Source: Nymphaea colorata
Lineage: Eukaryota
NCBI RefSeq assembly: GCF_008831285.2
Contig: NC_045138.2
Span: 14,384,001 to 14,448,000, forward strand
DNA length: 64,000 nucleotides
Reading direction: 5' to 3'
Numbering within the stretch: position 1 is the stretch's first letter; every line of letters starts with the position of its first letter. Both the position numbers and the translations under genes were made by a program. This document shows positions 38,189 to 51,294 of this stretch, in pieces. The notes below the pieces were generated by a model. The model did no database searches. It saw only the letters and a program-made list of their open reading frames with translations, and was not told the origin of the DNA.

Positions 38189-38363
38189 ACGTGGCGTGAT
38201 TACGGAAAAGAAGAAAGGGTGATAGCGAGCGAGCCACGCCGCTGTTGGAAACGACCCATTCGCCGTCGCCACGTGGCGCGATTTGTAGGCCCCATGAGCC
38301 GGAAGGATGACGTGGCAAGAAGTCCTACGTCCTCTTTCGGCAACCTGTAAGCCGCAACGTGGC
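38189..38363. promoter_or_regulatory. cluster of four ABRE/G-box motifs (ACGTGGC)
   Basis: ACGTGGC at 38189, 38271 (inside the palindrome CGCCACGTGGCG), 38310 (TGACGTGGC) and 38357. Confidence 0.7.
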
Positions 38364-39341
38364 AATCATCGACCTGCAGAAGCAACACGAACGGAAAAGG
38401 GGAACCGTGCGATCTCTCGGACACAAAAAAGAAAAAACATCGACGCCTTGAAATCGGCCACGCAGATTATCGTACAGATGGGACCCACACCACTTCAATA
38501 CAATTTCACGAGAGCAGGGCAGAACCGGGTTGACACCCTCAAAAGCGTCAAAGCTCCGCTCCATCCGTCGTACAATTAGCAGCTAATCAGCCTAACCTTT
38601 TCCTTAGGGAAGGAAACACATATTTATGAAAACTTCACGGGAATGGATACCTAAGGTCCTAACTCCTAAACAGGTGGGTTAACAAAAGAAAAGTTCCGAC
38701 TTCCAACCTGAAAGGAGCTAGAACTTGATTTCTGCAAATCGCAGAAGAGTGAAATTAGTAAGGACTTTTCTGGTCAAAGAAGAGCACCAACGAACAAACA
38801 GAAATGGTGACCGCCACCAGGCAATGACAAAACACAAGCCTGAATTTCTGATCTTTTATGCTCCTGGAACTAGGAAGTCACAAACCACCCAGCAAACCAG
38901 CTAGACAGAGCTCTCGCCTATATCATTGCCTTTCCTCGTTACTAGTTTGAATCTTGAAGAAAAACCACCATGGACTGGGAGATTATTTCATGTGCAAAGT
39001 CCTGCTTTTGATGCCCATGAATGTAAAACCACCCATGTATTCCCTCTCTCGCTAGCCATCTTCCCTCCAACTTTCGTTTACAACTTGTTCAGCTCCAGAG
39101 GATTCCAACTTTGTTCCTTTGGGTTTTTCAACCCAAAACAATTTCACCCTGGAACAGTACCAAGAAAGCAAGTAAATGCCCAACGCTGTTCTTCACTATT
39201 TTTTCTAAAAATAGTTGCTGCAGCCGCTATCAGTTAGATGAAAGAAACAAAATTCAGTGAACCTTTTAAGTTCTCCTCTTATGCATGTTCCACGCCAAAA
39301 GACAGGAGAGAATTTCTCAACCCTTTTGAGATTTATAGAGA

Positions 39342-42300
39342 CTAGCATTTAGCTCTTACAACCCCGACGATATAAGCATTCCAGGCGTCACGCTGGCAGA
39401 AGGTTGAAACCTCTTCGTATTTCATATTATCATCTCCCCTGTACTCCGAAGCATTCTGGCTTGTGTTTGGCATTTCACGGATCCAAAAGTGAACTGAATC
39501 GAATCCAACCTCCTCTAAGCAGTCTTTGATCTCCGCAAGTGTCCAACTGCAAAATAGAAAAGAAAAAAAAATTATTTCAGTTGCTAGCAGTAGAGAAATG
39601 CAAACTTATCAACAAGGAGAAAAGAGCAAATATTCAATCAGTGACATTTCTCCTCAAAATTTACATAGACATTAATAAATCCCACAAACATGGCTATATT
39701 AACCTCAATGCAGAAGAACACGTAAATTTGCAATTTCCAAAATACCACGTTGTCATCAAAGTCATATCTAGGAAAGAATTCAAGAGGGATTTTAATAACT
39801 CGTGCTGTCAATCATGCACCAAATTTGGATCCAAACATCCAAACCAGATTATTCTTAAAGTCATATCCTGATGTTAAGTCTGCTCTGTTGGTACATAACT
39901 ACATATGATGTTGTTTTATAACCTACAAAAATTCCTAAAAATACGAAATTCCCTTGAATTTATCTAATGAATTGCAAATGAGAACTAGACAAGTACACAT
40001 TTACTGAAGTACAAAACATGAAGTGCCCCTTCCATCCAACCGCTAGCTCCCAAGAAGACAGAGTCTTCTTTCTGATAAAAAACAGAGGATTCATATTCAT
40101 GGTTTCTGAACCAAGTCAGTATACAACTTTTAAGACTTCAAAACCTGTATGAGAAAAGGAATGCAACTTACAGCCGCCAGTGATATGTAAATGCATGCCG
40201 TAGTGACCGCTGCTTGGTGAAATTGAAGTGTAGACTAATTCTTGTTGTTCGACTGATAGCATCAAAGTGTGTTTGCTCCCAGATATACTGTAAAAAAAAA
40301 GGGCAAGCAAGAAATCAGTGAAGTGACAGACCTTACATGGACTCTATGAAACAGTTGCCACACCCAAGTCAACATGACTGATGACCCAGGTGTGGGTGTG
40401 GGTGTGGGTGCAACAATCAGCTATTTGATTTTTTTCCGTTGAACCATTGATACAATCATTGTTGGCTATTGTTATATCACATACACATACACAGATATCC
40501 TTTTTGCACTTGCACTCATGCTTTTTCTTTTTCTTTTTTTAAATTCTGCATCCAAACCTGCATCTGCATCCTGCACCTTTGTTAATTAGGTGGCAGACTA
40601 AGAAGTGTTCCTACGTTTCTTGAAAATTAACAAGAGGCATCATGCAACAGCAGTACAGCCAAATCACATAAATACTTGTGTTGTTTATGCAAGCTTTCTG
40701 TTATGAATTAAGGATGGATATGTGCATGTCAACTAACTGGAGATGCCAGATGGCCATGTCTTGTCAGGCATTAACCCCCTGAATACCTGCTCATGTTGTT
40801 ACTGCAACAGCACAATAATGTTTTCTTAACTTCGAAGACATTGTCTGGAGTTAGCACGTCACCACTTACTAATCTGAATTGCATCAGTAACAGGTACAAC
40901 AATGATTGAAAAGACTAGCATTGCTAGACGCACATCAAGAAGGGAAGGTAAAGACAACAAAGGAATGGCAAATTAAGTGAAATACGACCAAGTCAAAGGT
41001 GCATCAAGAAGTATATCGAGTAAGTGACATGAAAGCAAGCAACATCGGAAGCTTCAATCAACATAACTCAAGGCGCAAGGGCAATAGTGCTTTCGAGACG
41101 TACAGAAAATGATTGAGCAGAAAGGAGCATGGCCAACTTACAGTAAAATTTGTGTATCTCCTTTGAAGCTTGAGTGCACGCTCTGAGGACGCCCCACCAT
41201 ATAGATCCATTACAAATATTCCCCCTTCCCTGGATAATGCGTGCAAAGCATGTTTAAAGTATGTAAGAAGGTCCGCCCTCCTATGGAGACAGCAGCAACT
41301 ATAATTGAAAGCACATATGATATCTCTTGGCTGTAGAGTGTGCTTTGCTCCATTCAAGTGTTTACCAGCATTCTTATTCCCTGTTACCTGAAGAGATGAT
41401 TCCATTTCAACAGCTTGCAGGCTCACACTTCGTTCCATCTTATCCACGAGATCATTGTTAACTAGATCATTCTCATCCAAAGGCTTCAAAACATTTCCAT
41501 GAACGAGAGAGATTCTAGAGTACCCATCCGAGCCTAGCTTATCTATATTGTTGTGCAGGCACCATATGAGCGCGTCACGGTCCAAATCTACACCAACGGC
41601 AGTGCGTCTTGGGTCACTATGCAGCCATTCCGCACTGACAAGAATGGAAAAGAATACGTTATTTTCCAAGGCTGTTATTTTCTGGTTATTTTCATCACTT
41701 TTCTTTTGGTGTGGACTGTGGCCTCCAAGACGTAGGTTTTTTACCAAATATATATATATATTCTGAAGAGATGGCATTGTTGGTATCGACGACCACAAAA
41801 ACGAGTTGTCCGTGTCAAGAAAGCACATCTCGGACAATAAACAAGGTGGGTGGTGGTCAAAGGTAAAGAGATAAAAGGGTACATGCGTGCCACTCCAGTT
41901 GCTGTTGAAAAACAGTTGAATGGAAGAGCAAACCACTAACAAACTCACCTGAGAAAAGCAGTCCCACAAAAATCTTCCTGCAAATGAAGTGGTGTCCTTC
42001 CACCAACGTACATGAGAAAGAACTTCCGCATATAGCTAATGTCACCTTTCGGTGACTGAAAAATTATGCGAGAGCATAAGCTCAATAACAATAAGTCAAA
42101 GACCAAAAACTCTGTAAATCACAATAAAAGTAGCAACATATAAACACATATCTGATGAACCTTGAGTCCTCAAGCTAACAATGGAACCTAAAATCCTACA
42201 TACAACTGAAGTCCTGGAGTATATAATTCCGCCATCCATCCCTCGATGCAATCCCTTTTCTAAAATCAATACTAGCTACTAGACATAGAAGAATCAACTT

Positions 42301-42983
42301 TCTTTAGCCGCTAAACAGGGAAAAAATGAACGATCACCAAGTAGAAAGTTGCAGCACTGCATCATGTCTGCATAGAATCGACAATAGGTTGGGCAATAAC
42401 TTACAAGGTAAGCTAGCATTGGGTTTCAGGTAGTCAATAAAATCGTAGACAATACAAGAGTCAACTAAAACCCTAGAGGTGAAGCTTTTTTCAGCTTCGG
42501 GCATCAAACGAAACCATCAAACCTCATCAAGTCAAAGAAATCCTAAGAAAGGGACATGCTTTTTGATACTACTGAGGAGTACCCTTGGAAATGGAAACCT
42601 TTTAGGTCACAATCGACCTAATCAAAACCCTTAGAAATGGCATTGTACTGGCGTACCTGTACGGACTGCTGATACAGAGAGAACTTCGACGGTGGCGGAT
42701 CTATGGGGGAAGAGCGCCCATTCTCTCCCTCCCTTTCTCCATTTTCGCCTTCACCCTCATTCGGGAGATCCTCTTCAGCGGCGGATTTCTTCTTCTGCGC
42801 TCTACGGGATCTGGTGCTATGGGGACGAACGTGGGCAGACGGCTGAGAAAGATCATCTTCGCCTTCCTCATCCTCCTCGTCCTCTTCATCTGCTTCTACC
42901 ACTTCTAGATCTTCTTCTGCTTCGTCTTCTTGCCTAAGCCTTCTCGTCCTTTGCCTTGGCTGCCTCTTCCCGTGCTTCCCCAT
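39342..42983 (-). CDS. uncharacterised SAM-dependent methyltransferase-like protein; exons 42983-42657, 42055-41949, 41634-41142, 40287-40172, 39546-39342
   Basis: Frame-consistent GT-AG splicing gives LYQQSVQSPKGDI...LQEDFCGTAFLSAEW...AVGVDLD (motif I and acidic strand-2 like), DIICAFNYSCCC, GGIFVMDLYGG, YIWEQ, AFTYHWRLWTLAEIKDCLEEVGF and WNAYIVG. Confidence 0.9.
40370..40590. repeat. decayed fold-back/MITE-like repeat in methyltransferase intron 3
   Basis: ggtgtgggtgtgggtgtgggtgca at the left end loosely complements tgcatccaaacctgcatctgcatcctgcacc at the right end. Confidence 0.4.
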
Positions 42984-44130
42984 TCCTTCCCGCGCGAGGG
43001 ACGGGCGATGGCGGCGCTTCAACGACTATGTAGCAATACCCTAGCAACCGGATTCGGGTCCGCCTCTTAAGATCCAGTTGTGATAACCTGCTTTTGGAAT
43101 TTGGTTACCTAAACAAGGAGTCCCACGAAGTGAAGATTTAATTTAAGATCATCTTTAGACAAGAAATCCACGGCCATCAAACACGCTCTGGATTGTTTGG
43201 ATTTGATAACTTTCGCCAGGTTTGATTTAATCGTATTCTACGCAATTGCATCCAAACTTGGGTTCATATTTGGACCCTTTTCTTTTCTAGATTCTGTACC
43301 CAATGAGCATGAGATCTAACATTTGTATGCAATAGGTTGGATGTTTAATGGATCTTAGTCTAATGTCATGTCATACTTAGGTTTGGCTTCACATCTGTCG
43401 ATGAAATTTGACTAAATGGTTTCAAATTTAGAATGATAGTTAGATATACCTGATCCATTTAATTCTCAAGTTTCACTAAATATCAACAATATCAGTACTC
43501 AAGTTTTTGCTCGAACTAATTTTAGAACATTTCAAATTAGCAACGAATGGGGACCGCCTCAGATTCTGTGTACCTAATGGGATTGCTTTTAATTAAATTA
43601 ATTAAGATGGTTAAGAAGCCTGATTGCATTTCTCCACCTCCCAAATTGCATTGAGTTGGTGAAAAGGTTTGTTCATTATGAATTGTTAATTGTTGTTTAA
43701 AGGACAAAGAGATTCATTATCAAATGCCATAAAGTGTGAAGAAGAGCCTTGGTTCACATAAACTTGTATCTTATTGAAACCTAGTTGACACAATGGTTTT
43801 TATTTCTTCCAAACGCGGAGAAAATTCAAGCCAACTAAACTTCTCCAGAATTACTTCGTTGGGAAGGCTGATTGTTAAAGATGTGTTTGATTGCATGGAA
43901 GACATTTTTAGGGTGCCTTCATCCTGGAAAAATTCTTCCGGATCTTCCGTCAGAACCTCCCCCTGCCCCCCTTCCAAGTTCACCAGAGATCAAACAAAGC
44001 CATGCAGATAACGAAGGAACCCAATGAATTTTATGGAATAGTTTTTTGTGTATGATTCGAGTGTGGTATAAAGCAAACAATATATTATCTCCTTACCGAT
44101 TTATCTGGGCTATCAAAACAGTGACCTTAA

Positions 44131-44365
44131 GGGGGCGTTTGATTACTCCAGATTTCAAATCCTTGGATCTGATGTGGGTCTTACCCTTTTTTACTCATGA
44201 CCAAATATCCATAGTAAAATTCATCGTTCATCAAACTAAGGATTTTAGGTCAGACATTGAGAAAATGTGGGACTTAAGGTTGGATGAGGGAGGAAGGTTG
44301 AATCTTAAATCTACTACCATTTTTGAATCCTAAGTATCTCAAATCCGAGACTATCAAATGCCCCC
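44131..44365. mobile_element. Tourist/PIF-Harbinger-like MITE, 235 bp
   Basis: TIRs gggggcgtttgat / atcaaatgccccc match at 12 of 13 positions. Flanked by TAA at 44128-44130 and 44366-44368. Confidence 0.85.
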
Positions 44366-45155
44366 TAAAAAGCTAAGTTTGTTTTCCTTTGTTTCTGAGA
44401 TCTCAAATCCACGATGCATGAAATCCAGTTTTTAATCAAATTCAAACTCTGCTTGTTAAAAACGGCGGAAGAATTTTTACATGCAGGTAAGAATTTTTTT
44501 TTTGTTTTGAAAGGTGCATAAATTTTACAATACAAAATATATATCCCTTTCATATTTAATTCATAGAGACATCCCTCGCTTCAAACTTTCCCTCCTCACC
44601 CTCCACATTGAAACTCTACAGTACTTAAATTCCTTCATTCTTAATTCAGATTTCATATTCTTCGCCTTAAATTATTTCACAACACCGTCCACTTACGGTT
44701 TACCAACTTTGCTGATAAGCTTAAGCCAGTACACCAACTTTGGGAAATCTTTGCCAATCTTTATCGTCATCGCGACAAAATTGATTACTGTTCAATGATA
44801 GATGTCAGTTGGTGGCGTTACATATATTGATTTGTGGATTTGTAGTGAATCTTTCGTGAGCTTTCCTAGAAGTTTAGAATTCGAGATGTAAAAAGTTAGA
44901 TTTGGCTCTGTAAAGTTAACTGGCATCTTTCTATTATTTTTTCAAATGATACAAGCCCTTGCTATCATATTTAGCAAAAGAAAACGAGAAACTAAAATCC
45001 CTTGTTGAAAAAATAAGTAGAATGTGAAGAAAAATGTAAAGAACGTGGCTCTGATTGGAAATAGTAACTATCTCGTTTTTTTTATGCTCCTCATGAGATT
45101 TGTTAGTATACCAAGCATATTTTGAAAAGTTAGCTTTTCGATACATAGGTACATC

Positions 45156-45447
45156 TAGGGATGTCAATTGATTGGATATATCTTTAATCATATCCACTTT
45201 TTCGGATATTCACATATTCGGATTTGGATTTGAATTCGAATAAAGAAAAGTCATATTTGAATCCAAATCCAAAATCCAATTTTACAATCTGAATCCGATT
45301 TTTATATTCATAGCCGAATCCGAATTTTGAACCAGATTTTGCCAATTTTTAAAATTTAATAGCATTAGATACATGATCTTTGTGTAAAAATGAATTCGAT
45401 CTGAATCCCTATTTGAATCCGATCGAATAAGTACCTTGACATCCCTA
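45156..45447. mobile_element. hAT-superfamily MITE, 292 bp
   Basis: Perfect 12-bp TIR tagggatgtcaa / ttgacatcccta with an Ac-like TAGGGATG start. Perfect 8-bp TSD ggtacatc at 45148-45155 and 45448-45455. Interior is rich in GAATCC/GGATT subrepeats. Confidence 0.92.
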
Positions 45448-47047
45448 GGTACATCTGATCTGGTCAGGCCATTCGTTGGTAAGCGGCCAATCACTAGTTC
45501 AAATCTTAAATACATCTACCCTTTGTGAAAGCCGATGCATGCCAGAATTATGGGGGCAGCAAAATGGTCTTTGGGGGTTTATACCCCGATCCGGTGACAA
45601 AGTGAAGAATTCATGTTTTAGTATATTACAGATGAAGTTTACCTTTTAGTCAGGTGGTAGAATGAAATACTCCTTTGCTCACTCGAAAAGTTATAACCTC
45701 CCGTAACATAGTTTGTCGCTCTCGGGTAACATGAAAGGAAAAAAGTTAGGTAAGCGCTTATTACATCATCAAGGTGACCACTTAACATTTGGACCTAACA
45801 GGTCCTTTAGTTTCAAAAGTATGAATTATAATTAAATGTGGAGACAGAGCATCATGGTGTTGGATCCCTGTCGGCTCCTCTCCTTTGGCTTTGTCCACTT
45901 CCCCATTCTTTATGCTCCACCTTTGGACCCATCCATGTGAGGAAGAAACCAACATTCACATATGCATTAATACAAACAGGTGCCTAATGTTTTGCTTAAA
46001 CAATAAATCATCGTTTAAAGTTGACAAATAAATGTTTAAGTTATGACAGAAATCTCTTAAAGCGCACATAGTACATTAATTTTTATAAAAGAACCGCTCG
46101 CCCCTTGCCCCACAAAAGATATTTTTGACTTTATGAGAAAAATCAGTTGGGATCTTTTTCCTCAAAAGTAAAACATTCATCAGTTATTTTTAAAATTGTT
46201 ATCTGCTCCAATATTAGATATTTTTTTCTTTTTTAGTATAAAATTTATGTACAAAAAAAAAAGATTTTTTTAATAAAGTAATGTACATATTATTCTTATA
46301 CGTATCAGCCCGTTTGAAAGAATGGCCCATCGAAAACCAAAAGTGCATGCATGCTGATTTGGACGAATTCCCAATATTTTAAGCACATCCCATGCTCAGA
46401 TTTGAATGGGCTCGATTCAAACCGAGTGCGCAGTACCCCTTGGAATTGACTCAGATTTGAATGATTTAAATGAAAAAATTGCTCATTCATAAATCGGGTC
46501 GTAGATTACTCTAGATATTGGATCCGAGAAGATGTCCCAAATCCAAATGTCCACCTGTGGATGTGGCCAACCGGATCGTGGATCGGGGGCGCCTTCGTAC
46601 CCGACACGACGAGGGATTGCGGGTCCCGACCCGGTCCAAGTAGGAGGTTGGCGTCAACAGATTGACTGCACCACGTCGCCAGCGGAGATCGGCCTTGTCG
46701 AGAGCTTTTCGCCGGAAATGTTGGGGCCCGCAAGGCGGCGGCCTACGTGTGAATTACGTGGCGTCTTGGGATTGGATGAGTTGGGAAAAAAAATAAAAAA
46801 AAAAGATAATGGTGCGATGCCAACCGCGAAGTGCTATATATATCACAGCACAGGGCGGAAAGGGAGAGAGGGAGAGTGCCTGTCATCTATTTACTGCAGA
46901 AGGGAAGGGAAGAAGGAGAAGCGAAGAGGAAGCGTCTCTCTTTCGCTTATCTTGCTCTCCTCTTTCCCTCGTCCTTGTTTCCTTCCTCTTGCTTCCTTGT
47001 ATTCCCTCTCTTTCTCTTCCTAACAGGAACCTGCCACGAAGAAGAAG

Positions 47048-50000
47048 ATGAACGGTCAGATTTCATCTCAGGCTCGTCAGAAGCTCATTATAGACACCGA
47101 TCCCGGTATCGGTAAGGCGCTTCCTTAACCTTCTTCTTTTTTCTGTTTTAGGCCGTCTTTTCCTGAATTTTTGCGGATTAACGCTGCGTTGTTTAATGAT
47201 GACCGTCACCATCACCTCCGAAAGGCGTTTCTTCACGTGATATGTGGTTTTCTGAAGTTTTTAACTTGGCAGGATTGATGGGCTTTGCTTTTTGCCCTGC
47301 TCTGGCTTGATTCTTCGAGAAGATGAATGATGTGTTTAGTTTTCTTCTGTTTGTAAGTGAATTACGTCTATTTTCTCATTTTCTTGTTTGGGTCGTGTTG
47401 TTGAATTGCAGACGACGCAATGGCGATTCTAATGGCGTTTCAATCCCCTGATTTGGAGGTTTTGGGGTTGACAACGATCTTCGGCAACATTGACACTAAA
47501 GGTGCTACTAAGAACGCGCTTCATCTGGTAAGTGGGCTTTCGCTGTTTTCGGTTTGTATTTGGGAGCACAACCCATTTTTTTTTTTACCTTCTACGCTTT
47601 CGCCTTCTTGTGAACGCATGCAATGATTTCTTTGCTGGTTTGGGAATGTTGTTCATCAAAAAAATCATGATTGTTCTTACTGTATAAAAGGACAGTGTGA
47701 GATCGCAGGGTTTCCGGAGACTCCGGTGGCCGAGGGCAGCGAAGAACCTTTAAAGGTAGTTGATTCCTTGTCTAACTTTTGGTTTTTGGAGGTAGTCGCT
47801 TTCGTTTGTCTAACTTTTGGCTTTTGGATTTTCTTATGTTCCTGAGTTGGATAACTGCAAAGGGCATGTTTTCTATTTGTGGTCGTCGTCGTTTCTTATT
47901 CCCTTTTTTCGAGTTTATGCCATTATGTGGACATACACCAGATATCTGGGGAAAATATTTCATGACTGTTGCCCACTGGTGCAGTCAAGAAAACCATCAA
48001 ATTTATGTGATCCAGATAGCTTCTTTTTGGATGAGTCCATGACATTTTAAATTGGGTCCTATTTTATATATACGAGTTTTTCCAAACCAACTTGTTTGAT
48101 TCATGACCGACATACGAGAAGAAACCAGCTGTTTTTCAGTTCGAAGGCAAAATCTTTGCTTCTTTCCGAACTTCCATGATAGTCCCAGACCAGCCAATTA
48201 TGTCCAATAATCTTCTCAGCCACCCAATTGCTATTACTTGGCCAGCTTATAATCACCAAGCAGGTTGTCCTCAAGAGTTTATCTGGCTCTTTTCTTAGAC
48301 GAGGGTAATTTGTTTATTTATTTTACTCTAATTCTAGTAAGTGTACTAATGTGATTTAGCATTGTTGTTTCTTGGACAGCGATGTAGGCCTCGAATTGCT
48401 GACTTTATTCATGGCGCTGATGGCCTCGGGGACACATCTCCTCCATCTCCCAAGGGAAAGAAAATTGACAGACGTGCATGTCAGTTTTTAGTTGACAAGG
48501 TCACTGAATTCCCTGGTGAAGTGTCCATTCTTGCGTTGGGGCCACTGACTAATTTGGCATTGGTAAAATTCACTCTTATTTGCATTCTATGTACAGGGTT
48601 TCCTTTGGTAAACGGCATCCAATCGCTTAATTGTTTTTCTTTTTAATAGGCTATCAAGAGCGACTCATCCTTTGCAAGAAAGGTGAAGAAAATAGTCGTA
48701 CTTGGTGGATCGTTTTTTGCGTCTGGAAATGTCAACCCTGCTGCTGAAGCAAATGTATAGAGATTCTTACCCTTCTTCTAGAAATGCATGCTTTCTTTCT
48801 TTTTCAGTTTTCTCTCTTTTATAGTTTTTCAGTTATTTGTGTTGCATACAATCAAGTTCACCTGAAGTATCATATGTTCAACATTGATTTGAGGCAACAT
48901 GCGAAGCTATGCAAAATTTTTGCGCTTCGAACTCCCCCTTGTTTTGGAAATTGTGCACATCGGCCATGTGCTCCTAATTGAATTAGTGTAAACTTAGAAT
49001 GAAAGTTCATGGAGCCGTTTTTCTTTCCTTCCTTCTGTGCTTTCTTAACTTGTAATGATTAAAAAACTTTGGAAGAAACAAATGCATAATGAGTTGCCAA
49101 CGAGATGGCAGCTTGAACAGGGTATCCTGTTCTGTTCTTCGTCCATTATGGATTACAGAATGCCTTTATCTTGTTGTTAATGTATTTTAACTGTACTGTA
49201 CTGTACTGCTGTAACTTATTAAGGGCACCGTTCCCCACTTTTCTTCCATCAAGTATTTTCCCCCCCCTGTTCATTTTTTTCCACCTGAAAAAATAGATGA
49301 TACTTTTGTTTACTCGTTTTCTCATCGTTTTACCTTTTCATCATCTTTGTTACCATTGGTACTGAGGCATTTCCATTGGAATCAGACTCCATATATATTT
49401 GGCTATTTTATCATACAACTTGCACCTTCCAGAGGTGACATTTAAATCTTCTGATCACTTTTCATATGCCCACCTGTTTTCATATGTGTGGTTTGGTTCT
49501 CTCCATTTTAAGTAAGAACTGCAGTTACCCAATCGAGAGTCAGATTATTGGCCCTTCATTAATGGTTCTAATGCAAGCCGCTGCAGATATATGGCGATCC
49601 TGAAGCTGCTGATGTGGTATTTACTTGTGGAGCAGATATCGTGGTTGTTGGGATCAACATCACTACACAAGTCATACTAACAGGTTTAGTTTCTTTTGGG
49701 TTAGTGCTAAAACTAATATTGATGGGTAAAGGATGATCAGCGGTTCTGGTTGTGGTGCTCATTCCATGTCTTTTATTTCAGATGATGATCTTGCAGAAAT
49801 GAAGGGTTCTGGAGGAAAACATGCTCAATATCTATACGACATTTGTCAGTTCTACAGGAACTGGCATCTAAAATCCGATGGGCTTCGTGGTAACTTTTGT
49901 TTTCTATGGCTATTGTTTTGGTTCCTAATGTGTTTATTTGCAAAGTTGCTTGATTGTTTCACTATTTCTCATTGGCAGGAATTTTTTTACATGATCCCGT

Positions 50001-50299
50001 GAGTTTTGTTGCGTTGGTTCGGCCTGACCTTTTCACATTCAAAAGAGGAGCTGTAAGGGTTGAAACACAGGGCGTCTGCGTGGGCCATACACTAATGGAC
50101 CAAGGGCTAAAGAAGTACTGAATGTTTTTGCAGTCTTTAGATCCCATCCTATTACTCCTTGATTATAATTTTGTTGCTTTCTTGGCGTAGGTGGTATTCC
50201 AATAATCCCTGGACAGGCATTTCTCCAGTGTCAGTTGCGTGGACAGTTGATACACATGGTGTACTGCAATATATCAAAACCCACCTGATGAAATCATAA
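47048..50299 (+). CDS. URH1: uridine/nucleoside hydrolase NSH1; exons 47048-47111, 47412-47527, 47696-47755, 48380-48562, 48650-48754, 49587-49683, 49782-49889, 49979-50114, 50191-50299
   Basis: KLIIDTDPGIDDAMAI (DxDxxxDD), GLTTIFGN, LGPLTNLALAI, GNVNPAAEANIYGDPEAA, FLHDPVS, GHTLMDQGLK and VAWTVD. All junctions are GT-AG and in frame. Confidence 0.95.
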
Positions 50300-51294
50300 A
50301 GTCTCAGAAGATTCGTGGCGTGGACAATTGATACACATTGTTGGATTTTTCTACCAAATTTATTTGGTTTTATACACTTCTTCACTTGCTCATTGATTGT
50401 GCTGAGCCTTAGCGTGAAGAGTTCTATTCACTAAAAAAAATGGTCGAGCTGTGATGCAACAGATCTGGCTACTTAATGTGTTTTCCTTTGTCATTGTAAA
50501 AAATACTTTTCTCGTCACGCAGATTGAGGCCATTAACATTGACGAGCTCGTACATTACAAACTCAGTTTGTGCATGCCGATGTCTGATTTGCTCATAAAT
50601 TTGCTACCTTGCAGTACTTGGTGCCACAGCTACTGACAACTTTGGTGCCGAAAAAACCTTATCCCTCAGCACAATCACCCTGATTCTGCTTCCACATATC
50701 TCCTCATTTTCAGAAGAAACTTTGTGCACTCAACTTTTGTATACATTTTTAAATGTTTACTTATAGGAAACTTCCTTCCACATAAAAACCCCAAAGCCAC
50801 CATCATGCATCCAAAGTTCTGGTTTGTTTACGGGGGCTGGGTAGACCTATGGTACATGCTTCAATTCTGGTGTTATGCTTGCCATTGTTTGCAGCTCATA
50901 AGCTTTACACTAGACCATGACAGTGTTGACGGTCTTCAAACCTCAGACCCCTCTAGTGTGAGCTACCTTACACTTGGTTGTGCTATGCTCCTTGAGGCTT
51001 GCCCTCAACTTCCATTTGATGCAGAATTTTCAAAGACAATCTATAGGTCTTTCCATTTGTTTACAGTGGATCGTGGAAACCTTGCTCTGCAATGCAGTCT
51101 TTGATAAGGAATTCAGCTTGTCTTGACCTCATCAACGAGGCTTTTGACCCACTTACAATAATCGTTCTTTTTCAGTGCAAGGAAGCAAGTTCTAACCATT
51201 CTTGTTGCTAATTGCGGTCACCTTCTCGTTGCTGGAACCTTGCAATGCAGTTTGCAATGCAGTTGATCTGGTTCTCAACCACTTGATAGTGTGA

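Noticed and set aside
41635..41969. N-terminal part of the 303-aa ORF 41058..41969
   Set aside because: Reads through intron 2. The true exon 3 is 41634-41142.
43771..44011. ~70-aa ORFs on both strands, possibly a retroelement fragment
   Set aside because: No RT, integrase or transposase motif recognised.
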